A stretch of DNA of 64,000 bases from Balanoglossus misakiensis (Eukaryota; Animalia; Hemichordata): contig CM082578.2 of assembly GCA_040954595.2 (NCBI GenBank), positions 13,918,304-13,982,303 of the forward strand. Direction: 5' to 3'. Shown one piece after another: positions 28,164 to 38,700 of the stretch (the first letter of the stretch is position 1; the number at the start of each line of letters is the position of its first letter). The notes under the pieces were generated by a model. That model ran no database searches. It was not told the DNA's origin and worked only from the letters and a program-made list of their open reading frames with translations. The position numbers and the translations under genes are program-made.

Positions 28164-31100
28164 TGAAGTTTTTAACTTATTCCTTATTCGAATGTGAAGT
28201 TTCTGACTTATTCCTTATTCAAAATCTGAAGTTTCTGACTTTTTCCTTATTCGGATTCTGAAGTCTGTGACATATCCTTTATTCAAAGCTGAAGCCAGTC
28301 ACTTATTCCTTATTCAAAGCTGAAGTCTGTGACTTATTCCTTATTCAAAGCTGTAGCCTGTGACTTATCCCTCATACAAAGCTGAAGCCTGTGACTTATC
28401 CCTCTTTCAAAGCTGAAGCCTGTGACTTATCCATCATACAAAGCTGAAGCCTGTGACTTATCCCTCTTTCAAAGCTGAAGCCTGTGACTTATCCCTCTTT
28501 CAAAGCTGAAGCCTGTGACTTATCCCTCTTTCAAAGCTGAAGCCTGTGACTTATCCCTCTTTCAAAGCTGAAGCCTGTGACTTATCCCTCTTTCAAAGCT
28601 GAAGCCTGTGACTTATCCCTCTTTCAAAGCTGAAGCCTGTGACTTATCCCTCATTCAAAGCTGAAGCCTGTGACTTATCCCTCATTCAAAGCTGAAGCCT
28701 GTGACTTATCCCTCATTCAAAGCTGAAGCCTGTGACTTATCCCTCTTTCAAAGCTGAAGCCTGTGACTTATCCCTCTTTCAAAGCTGAAGCCTGTGACTT
28801 ATCCCTCATTCAAAGCTGAAGCCTGTGACTTATCCCTCATTCAAAGCTGAAGCCTGTGACTTATCCCTCATTCAAAGCTGAAGCCTGTGACTTATCCCTC
28901 TTTCAATGCTGAAGCCTGTGACTTATCCCTCATTCAAAGCTGAAGCCTGTGACTTATCCCTCTTTCAAAGCTGAAGCCTGTGACTTATCCCTCATTCAAA
29001 GCTGAAGCCTGTGACTTATCCCTCATTCAAAGCTGAAGCCTGTGACTTATCCCTCTTTCAAAGCTGAAGCCTGTGACTTATCCCTCATTCAAAGCTGAAG
29101 CCTGTGACTTATCCCTCATTCAAAGCTGAAGCCTGTGACTTATCCCTCTTTCAAAGCTGAAGCCTGTGACTTATCCCTCTTTCAAAGCTGAAGCCTGTGA
29201 CTTATCCCTCATTCAAAGCTGAAGCCTGTGACTTATCCCTCATTCAAAGCTGAAGCCTGTGACTTATCCCTCATTCAAAGCTGAAGCCTGTGACTTATCC
29301 CTCTTTCAAAGCTGAAGCCTGTGACTTATCCCTCGTTCAAAGCTGAAGCCTGTGACTTACATTGTATCCCTCTTTCAAAGCTGAAGCCTGTGACTTATCC
29401 CTCATTCAAAGCTGAAGCCTGTGACTTATCCCTCATTCAAAGCTGAAGCCTGTGACTTATCCCTCATTCAAAGCTGAAGCCTGTGACTTATCCCTCATTC
29501 AAAGCTGAAGCCTGTGACTTATCCCTCATTCAAAGCTGAAGGCTGTGACTTATCCCTCATTCAAAGCTGAAGGCTGTGACTTATCCCTCATTCAAAGCTG
29601 AAGTCTGTGACTTATCCCTTATTCCTGAGTCTGTGACTTATCCCTCATTCAAAGCTGAAGCCTGTGACTTATCCCTTATTCAAAGCTGAAGCCTGTGACT
29701 TATCCCTTATTCAAAGCTGAAGCCTGTGACTTATCCCTCATTCAAAGCTGAAGTCTGTGACTTATCCCTCATTCAAAGCTGAAGCCTGTGACTTATCCCT
29801 CATTCAAAGCTGAAGTCTGTGACTTATCCCTCATTCAAAGCTGAAGCCTGTGACTTATCCCTCATTCAAAGCTGAAGCCTGTGACTTATCCCTCTTTCAA
29901 AGCTGAAGCCTGTGACTTATCCCTTATTCCTGAAGCCTGTGACTTATCCCTTATTCAAAGCTGAAGCCTGTGACTTATCCCTCATTCAAAGCTGAAGCCT
30001 GTGACTTATCCCTCATTCAAAGCTGAAGCCTGTGACTTATCCCTTATTCAAAGCTGAAGCCTGTGACTTATCCCTCATTCAAAGCTGAAGCCTGTGACTT
30101 ATCCCTCATTCAAAGCTGAAGTCTGTGACTTATCCCTCATTCAAAGCTTAAGTCTGTGACTTATCCCTCATTCAAAGCTGAAGCCTGTGACTTATCCCTC
30201 ATTCAAAGCTGAAGCCTGTGACTTATCCCTTATTCAAAGCTGAAGCCTGTGACTTATCCCTTATTCAAAGCTGAAGCCTGTGACTTATCCCTTATTCAAA
30301 GCTGAAGCCTGTGACTTATCCCTTATTCAAAGCTGAAGCCTGTGACTTATCCCTTATTCCTGAAGTCTGTGACTTATCCCTCATTCAAAGCTGAAGCCTG
30401 TGACTTATCCCTTATTCAAAGCTGAAGCCTGTGACTTATCCCTTATTCAAAGCTGAAGCCTGTGACTTATCCCTTATTCCTGAAGTCTGTGACTTATCCC
30501 TCATTCAAAGCTGAAGCCTGTGACTTATCCCTTATTCAAAGCTGAAGCCTGTGACTTATCCCTTATTCAAAGCTGAAGCCTGTGACTTATCCCTTATTCA
30601 AAGCTGAAGCCTGTGACTTATCCCTTATTCCTGAAGTCTGTGACTTATCCCTCATTCAAAGCTGAAGCCTGTGACTTATCCCTCTTTCAAAGCTGAAGCC
30701 TGTGACTTATCCCTCTTTCAAAGCTGAAGCCTGTGACTTACATTGTATCCCTCTTTCAAAGCTGAAGCCTGTGACTTATCCCTCATTCAAAGCTGAAGCC
30801 TGTGACTTATCCCTCATTCAAAGCTGAAGCCTGTGACTTATCCCTCATTCAAAGCTGAAGCCTGTGACTTATCCCTCATTCAAAGCTGAAGCCTGTGACT
30901 TATCCCTCATTCAAAGCTGAAGGCTGTGACTTATCCCTCATTCAAAGCTGAAGTCTGTGACTTATCCCTTATTCCTGAGTCTGTGACTTATCCCTCATTC
31001 AAAGCTGAAGCCTGTGACTTATCCCTTATTCAAAGCTGAAGCCTGTGACTTATCCCTTATTCAAAGCTGAAGCCTGTGACTTATCCCTCATTCAAAGCTG

Positions 31101-32653
31101 AAGTCTGTGACTTATCCCTCATTCAAAGCTGAAGCCTGTGACTTATCCCTCATTCAAAGCTGAAGTCTGTGACTTATCCCTCATTCAAAGCTGAAGCCTG
31201 TGACTTATCCCTCTTTCAAAGCTGAAGCCTGTGACTTATCCCTTATTCCTGAAGCCTGTGACTTATCCCTTATTCAAAGCTGAAGCCTGTGACTTATCCC
31301 TCATTCAAAGCTGAAGCCTGTGACTTATCCCTCATTCAAAGCTGAAGCCTGTGACTTATCCCTTATTCAAAGCTGAAGCCTGTGACTTATCCCTCATTCA
31401 AAGCTGAAGCCTGTGACTTATCCCTCATTCAAAGCTGAAGTCTGTGACTTATCCCTCATTCAAAGCTTAAGTCTGTGACTTATCCCTCATTCAAAGCTGA
31501 AGCCTGTGACTTATCCCTTATTCAAAGCTGAAGCCTGTGACTTATCCCTTATTCAAAGCTGAAGCCTGTGACTTATCCCTTATTCAAAGCTGAAGCCTGT
31601 GACTTATCCCTTATTCAAAGCTGAAGCCTGTGACTTATCCCTTATTCAAAGCTGAAGCCTGTGACTTATCCCTTATTCCTGAAGTCTGTGACTTATCCCT
31701 CATTCAAAGCTGAAGCCTGTGACTTATCCCTTATTCAAAGCTGAAGCCTGTGACTTATCCCTTATTCAAAGCTGAAGCCTGTGACTTATCCCTTATTCCT
31801 GAAGTCTGTGACTTATCCCTCATTCAAAGCTGAAGCCTGTGACTTATCCCTTATTCAAAGCTGAAGCCTGTGACTTATCCCTTATTCAAAGCTGAAGCCT
31901 GTGACTTATCCCTTATTCAAAGCTGAAGCCTGTGACTTATCCCTTATTCCTGAAGTCTGTGACTTATCCCTCATTCAAAGCTGAAGCCTGTGACTTATCC
32001 CTTATTCAAAGCTGAAGCCTGTGACTTATCCCTTATTCAAAGCTGAAGCCTGTGACTTATCCCTTATTCAAAGCTGAAGCCTGTGACTTATCCCTTATTC
32101 AAAGCTGAAGCCTGTGACTTATCCCTTATTCAAAGCTGAAGCCTGGAACTTATCCCTTATTCCTGAAGTCTGTGACTTATCCCTCATTCAAAGCTGAAAC
32201 CTGTGACTTATCCCTTATTCAAAGCTGAAGCCTGTGACTTATCCCTTATTCAAAGCTGAAGCCTGTGACTTATCCCTTATTCAAAGCTGAAGCCTGTGAC
32301 CTTTTCCTTATCCAAAGCTGAAGCCTGTGACTTATCCCTTATCCAAAGCTGAAGCCTGTGACTTATCCCTTATCCAAAGCTGAAGCCTGTGACTTATCCC
32401 TTATCCAATCTGAAGCCTGTGACTTATCCCTTATCCAAAGCTGAAGCCTGTGACTTATCCCTTATCCAAAGCTGAAGCCTGTGACTTATCCCTTATCCAA
32501 AGCTGAAGCCTGTGACTTATCCCTTATCCAAAGCTGAAGCCTGTGACTTATCCCTTATCCAAAGCTGAAACCTGTGACTTATCCCTTATTCAAAGATGAA
32601 GCCTGTGACTTATCCCTTATTAAAACTTAAGTCTGTGACTTATTCCTTATTCG
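28164..32653. repeat. 31-bp tandem repeat array (minisatellite/satellite), roughly 145 copies; consensus GACTTATCCCT(C/T)(A/T)TTCAAAGCTGAAGCCTGT
   Basis: Period of 31 read directly (aagctgaagc at 28441 and 28472). Units are head-to-tail without spacers and degenerate at both edges. Copy number is estimated from length/31. Confidence 0.98.
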
Positions 32654-34299
32654 CATTTCCAAAAAATTTAACCTAGGGATACTATGTTGATAGCAGTAGG
32701 AATGACCAAAGTTTATAGATTCTAAGATCACATGTGGCTGTCAATGATACAGAAGCAGGGGGCCGTCTGTGTGACCTCTACATACACCTAACCATGATAG
32801 TGTTTTAGGTAGGCCGGTCAGCTTATATCAAGCCATTAGCCCAACTAGTGAGTCACGCATTTACATGTGTGTAACACAAAATTGTCATTCCAACTCAAAA
32901 GCGATCCATGTGAAATGCTTTTATCAGCCACCAAAGCAAGAAAATCATATACAGTTCATAACTGCAAAATTAAGATAATGTTAGGCCATAAATGCCAGGT
33001 GCACGTCCCTATTGTAACTTGTACATTGCTACCAGCAGTGTTCTAATCATTATTTTCCACAATGCCCATATAATCCAACGTCTGCCCATATTGAAACCTG
33101 GTCATGTGGGTCTAATGTATAGCAAGTTCGCATTAAATAATTAAGCAGTCTCAAAAATAATCTATTCAAAACATTAGAAGTGGTACAGTAGGCCCTACTA
33201 CTATTCTATCACCTACGCCTGCAGGCAGACTCTAATAGATTATTATCTGGTTGCGTAATTTTTTTACTATTGCACTACTTCTAGTGATACGCAAGAATAC
33301 GTGCACACTAGGATTATCAACAGTTCACTGTTCGGGATAGGTTGGAAAGGATGACCAACTGTGGTAAACGTAAACCGCTCAACTTCAAAGTCTGGCGTCT
33401 GTTGTTAAATCTTAAAGTGATATCTGAAGCAGTTAGAAACGAATAGCTTCGTAAATCCCAACCTCTGCAGCATTTAATCTGTTATATTGTCTTATGCCTC
33501 GCTCAGTCTTTCAGGCTATATTCATCGTGTGGTCTCAGTCAACACCCAACGTCCATAATTAACTGATTTACGACAAGTGCAATAGCGCTATAGCTGTTTA
33601 ACACTGCAGGATTAATACAATTCGACAGAGAGGGCGCCCATCCACGTCTCTGACGAAAACGCCGCATAGTCTGCAGTATCGACATGATCATAGCAGTGAT
33701 CGATGTCTTCAAACGCACACCGCATTTGACCAGTGACAGAAGGCATTCTGAATACGCGTACATGGACCACTTCACGGATAGCATAATGCAAGGGTGTTGT
33801 GGGACAGTTTGCGTTCTGAGCGCGTGCGTTATTGGCCATGTACTAGACGCTATGTTGAACGCAAATTATACCATCATGCATTGCAGATACCCTATCCGCG
33901 AAGTGGTCTATGCACATGCACACACACATGCGCGTGCAGGCACCCCCCCCTCCCCTACACACACACACATACATGTACATGTACATATTTCATTTACAAC
34001 AACTCACATGTATTTTAAACAGGGCACAATTACATGTAGAGTGTCTTACCTGTAATTGTCGAAAATCCATCATGTTTCCAAGGGAAAAGCCAATGTTCCA
34101 ACATAGATGACAAACATAGAAAAGAAGAAGAAAAAAAGAAAATGGAATTGTTATGATTTTTACTTAATAAGCTATTGTCAAATGCATCAACTGATTTCAA
34201 AGTGACATTGAAAGATATTGCCTGTAAAAGATAAATGATGGTGGAAAGAAATCGGTGCAAAGTAACCCAAATCTTCTCCACTCCACTCTAATACATATT

Positions 34300-34323
34300 G
34301 ACCCTGTCCTTTTTTTTCAACAG
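34300..34323 (+). other. Putative splice acceptor opening the coding exon of GPCR gene 2
   Basis: Polypyrimidine tract accctgtccttttttttcaacAG ending at 34323, ~285 nt upstream of the ATG. Confidence 0.45.
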
Positions 34324-34608
34324 TACTTGGTAGCGCCGTCACGAGATGAAAGGATTTAAAATAACTGGAAGTTTCCATGGTAACTGATGTGATCTGGAAT
34401 AGCAACTAGTTTCAGCACATGCACCTGCGTAATAATTATCGTATTTTGCCGTGGACAATGAAATAACACGAGCGATAAATGAGCTTTTTCCGAGCCTGAG
34501 GAAATGGCATGATTGGGGATCAGAGACCGTGCAACTACTGAAAGCTGTTTCTGAGTATTGCGTCCTTAGTGATAAATCAGGGGAATACATACTCTGTTGA
34601 CAACTGCT

Positions 34609-35754
34609 ATGACAATGAAGACAACAACAACAACAACAACAGAGCTCCTAATTGAGAACACAACTCGTGCGGTCGAAAATGCCACAGAATTCAAATGTTG
34701 GACAATTATGGACAATGTCAGCACCCCTCCCAGCGAGAACATCTTGCCGATAACACTACTTGTCCTGGGTTTAGTGTGCAACGTGGCTTTTTTGTACGTC
34801 AGGCTGCAGATACCGTACATGAAGACAGTGACGAACAGTTACCTGACTAATCTGTGCATCGCTGATATTCTGTTCACAGTGAGTGAGTTCGTTCACGTGG
34901 TGATATTCCACGGAGGACGCCGCCAAGCGAGGGAGGACTGCATAGTGTTGCACATAGCGCACCTGGTGATGTACACGTCAATGTTTACGCTCTCTGTAAT
35001 CTGCACCGAAAGACACCGGGCCATTTGTTATCCCTTCACGGCGCAGAGTTCAAACCAAAGGCGAAGAGTTGCGGCTCACATCTGCCTGACTTGGTTTCTC
35101 GGCGCCGTATTTATGAACACCACGGGCATTTACTGCTACGCCAACCAGATGTACACAGAGCATCGATACATCGCCATGGTTTTGATGGTTCTGCAGATTG
35201 TCCCGTTTCTAGTTTGCATGATTCTAATGGTCGTCATGTATTGTCGCATTTGTTACTACCTGGAGCACATCAATCGGACGTGCGCGTCACACGAGATGTG
35301 GGATCAATCGCACGCAGAAAGGACTCAGGTCACCAAACTTCTCGTGGTGACAGGTTTAGTGTTTTTCATCTGCGTCACACCGTGGCATCTGTACAAAATC
35401 TACGAGGGGCTCTTGTTATTGGGTGTCATTAGCGCCTGCTCCAGGGAGGTTTCCATGGTGGCGGTGCAGATCTTTCGAATCCTGATTTACCTGAACGTTG
35501 CCGTTAACCCTATCCTCTACAACATAATGAGCGCCACCTATCGGAAGGCTTTCAACGAAGCCTTCTTCCACAGGTGCCTAAAACAGTTCAAGGAACGTGG
35601 TGGACACCGGCCATCGAACGGCACCGCAGCTGAAGCAAACTGGGCAAAGCGTCATCCTCTGCTCGGCGGAAACTCCCGTGATTTAGAGAAAGAACGTAAA
35701 CATTCTGTGAGATACACAGTTGACACAGCGGACAACACTGAAACTGTTCTCTAG
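34609..35754 (+). CDS. Class A (rhodopsin-like) GPCR, ~381 aa, divergent paralog of the receptor at 7577-8776; single coding exon
   Basis: The ORF track starts at TTG 34597; the first ATG is 34609 (alternative 34615). Motifs: TM1 GLVCNVAF, MKTVTNSYLTNLCIAD, TM3 Cys and CTERHRAICYP, TM4 Trp, TM5 QIVP and MY, TM6 FFICVTPW, TM7 NVAVNPILYN, helix 8 SATYRKAFNEAF. Sequons NTT, NAT, NVS. Confidence 0.95.
   Translation: MTMKTTTTTTTELLIENTTRAVENATEFKCWTIMDNVSTPPSENILPITLLVLGLVCNVAFLYVRLQIPYMKTVTNSYLTNLCIADILFTVSEFVHVVIFHGGRRQAREDCIVLHIAHLVMYTSMFTLSVICTERHRAICYPFTAQSSNQRRRVAAHICLTWFLGAVFMNTTGIYCYANQMYTEHRYIAMVLMVLQIVPFLVCMILMVVMYCRICYYLEHINRTCASHEMWDQSHAERTQVTKLLVVTGLVFFICVTPWHLYKIYEGLLLLGVISACSREVSMVAVQIFRILIYLNVAVNPILYNIMSATYRKAFNEAFFHRCLKQFKERGGHRPSNGTAAEANWAKRHPLLGGNSRDLEKERKHSVRYTVDTADNTETVL
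34621..34641 (+). repeat. Coding (ACA)7 trinucleotide repeat giving poly-Thr in the GPCR2 N-terminus
   Basis: acaacaacaacaacaacaaca is in frame and encodes TTTTTTT. Confidence 0.95.
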
Positions 35755-38700
35755 TCTGACAGTCATATCACTTATTGAAAGCCACCAGAATGTCTTCAAA
35801 CTACATGTATGACAATGCAATTGCAACGATGCAAGAGAATTCGTCATGTACAATTGTTACAACAGCACTGTTATGCATGCGCAGTTCTAGTAAGGAACAA
35901 TTTAAATTTATGTCTTGTCGATAATGAAGTAGCTTAATTTTAAGATTCCGAGAAACTGATATGCATACTTTGCAATACTTGAGGTACCTGGATTTACTAA
36001 TCCGAGCTTGCACGAGTTCTTGACTCACACAAATTTGCGATGCTTATCGCGTTAAAACAGTCAGGTCAAACGCAAGTTGCATCAAATATAAATACCTATA
36101 GCCTATTACACTAATGGCTATGGATGGGATGAAGCGAATCGCCATACCCTATATCACGCTTCATTACACATCTATGATGACGGTGTTTTGCATTTTCGCT
36201 CCATGTTTGTTAAGTCGTGTGCAAGCGTTTAGCTCATGTGCACAGTATCCGGTTATGTGTGAATTGGTTTACAATGAGGGTACACAGAGAAATTGGTTCA
36301 GGCATTATCTGGACTAACAATAACCGAAGTGAATCAGCGAATACACAGTAATTGCCTTTAGAAGTGCACACTTTCCTTTTCTGTCAAATGTACAGAAGGA
36401 ACATTATCAAGAATTATAGTTGGTTCAGGCTTGGAATATGATCTCATTCTCTCCAAATATGATGGCGGCGCTTGGCAGCAGGGAAACGGCCAATGACACC
36501 TGGGACGAATATTCGTCTCGAATGACAAAAGTGACGAAAAATAATGAAATGCCAGACAGCGTCAGAGACATCTTCAACAAAATGTAAAATTCAATGTCGG
36601 ACGACAAACTGGCAAGGAATGAAAATTCAAACATGGAGGAAGTTACGTTCTCAAACACCCGAACGAAATCAGCAACACACTCACGGGTTATCCGAAAATT
36701 ATCGGGAATAGTGTAGACGAGAAATTAGATCATATTGCTAATTTGGTTCTAGAAAAGTTACAGTTCTTTCAGTTGACAATGCCATAATCTTAAAATTCCC
36801 ACGCAGTGGCCAAAAACCTCTGAGCGAAACAGGATAACTGCCATCCATGGAAAACTGTTGCTCGTACACGTCGGTTCTGTTGATCTCCATAAAGACGATT
36901 GGGCTTTGTGTCAGTGAAATCTAGATGGATGGGTACTAACTGTCGGAATTACTATCGCGGCAAAACTGTCTTCTTTGTCTAGGCAAATTGACGATTTGTC
37001 TTTTGGGAGAATTCCATTTAATTTTAGTTACGTTCATTTCTGAGAAAGAAGATTTGTCAGGAAAAGGCTGCCAGGAACTAATAACAGCAAAATGCTTAAT
37101 CCGGGTGGTGAATACATTATTGTGTCGCCGGATTGCGTTTCGGGCAACGTGCACAACATCTTAGTCACGACAGAGCTTCTGTTGATGTCGTTGAACCCAT
37201 GAAGATTAAACATTTGAAACAAATAGTGGTATATACATGTACCGTGTAAGGTTTACTTAATATTCGAACATCACGAACTTTGGAGGAGAGAGGTGAGTTT
37301 AAATTTACCATATGATGTTATTCACTGATAAATCATTATCAGATTGATATATCACAACTGACCCAGATTATACTGTTAAAAGTGTGTAATTTACATGCAA
37401 ATGCGAGTAAAAAATGACAAAAACATAAGAAAATAAATGCTTAAAGACGAAATATAAACGTTGATTGCGTTATATGTCAATAAAAGTCTGCCAGATAGCT
37501 TCACAACATTTTCTGCTAAGGAGGATGGCAGAGATGCATTCTTAGGCTGATGTATGACTGACATTTCCTGGATAGTTGGAACCAGGTCTGTCCAGTCCTT
37601 AACTTGTCACGAAAATACTTCATTGTGACATGTGGCTCTTGTCATGTCAATAATGAACACTCGACTGCAACATGGTCCCATAAAGCGCCTTAATTGTCGC
37701 TGTGTTAAGTGGAAGAGTTCACTTTAAAGTCCACGTCAAGATTGCATCTTTATTTTGGCCAAAGCACATTTTTTTCAATCTGGTTATCTTCAAGTCATTG
37801 AATTATTTATGTCAATCCATTACTCTTCCCCCATAAACGTCATGTGGGTTTGTTTGCCTTCAGCTCGGCTTAGACATCCATCACTTTTAGTTGTCTGAGA
37901 GCTGAGTTTCTCCTTGTGTGGATAAGGTGACAGAAAAGGGCTATGCAAATTTATGTTTACTTGTTTAGATGAGGACATACTGTTATTTAGGGAGTTGGTA
38001 TTCAATAACTTACATATATTGTTCTTCAAGCCCCATTAGCTGCCACCATTTGCTCGATTACACTTTCAAACTTATACTTGTTCATTTAAATTTATTATCA
38101 ACCACTGAATGTGGCTGTATATTTAAATGTGAACAATTTAAATAATTAGCTACATTATCGGTATACAAACTTTGAATTCGACAGGTGTCAATTCAATTTT
38201 ATGCAGCTTCTTGTACAAATAATAAGACAAACATTTTATCATGTCCAGAACAATCATATCCCCCTTTTACTGCGTAACATATAGGACTGGCTGAATCCGC
38301 AGTCTTCTCATAGTTTCCAATTACAAACACACGGCACGATCACATTTAGTCTCGTAAACAAGGCGAAATGAGTTTGTTTCGTTTATTTCTACCTTGCGCC
38401 AAGGGACTCTCGTGCTTCCCATAAGGGAAATCAAAATGGAGTTTAGAAGCTTGCGCAGCATATGCAACAAATCGTTGCCTCAATGGTTTTGTAATGTAGG
38501 CCGATAAGACAGTATGGATCACCTATTACACCTGACGCATTTGGCCGTTCTCATGATTGGCAGTCCACAATGATCATTGATGGAAACATTTGTCTGTTAT
38601 AAATAGAATCTGAACACCAGTCATAATCGACTGTAATACCTACTAATGGAAACTGGGAGGAAAATGACAGCGAGCTAAAAGTAATATTTCAGCGATCCAT

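Noticed and set aside
28164-32653. CRISPR array or repeat-encoded protein
   Set aside because: The units are contiguous with no unique spacers and there are no cas genes in this eukaryotic context. The 31-bp period cycles through all frames and carries stops on both strands (TGA on plus, TAA on minus), so no long ORF exists.
33684-34110. His/Thr-rich ORFs, and the likeness of this CA/poly-C tract to the one at 2711-2795
   Set aside because: Products of low-complexity CA-rich sequence; similarity between simple repeats is not evidence of homology.
34597-34608. ORF-track start of GPCR2 at 34597
   Set aside because: That codon is TTG; eukaryotic initiation more plausibly uses ATG 34609 or 34615.
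34566-35432. Overlapping ORFs within GPCR2, including the 135-aa ORF 35025..35432
   Set aside because: Alternate-frame shadows of the GPCR CDS.
36504-36517. Perfect 14-bp palindrome GACGAATATTCGTC and other small hairpins (near 24665, 45848, 56030)
   Set aside because: A few of this size are expected by chance in 64 kb and none has supporting context.
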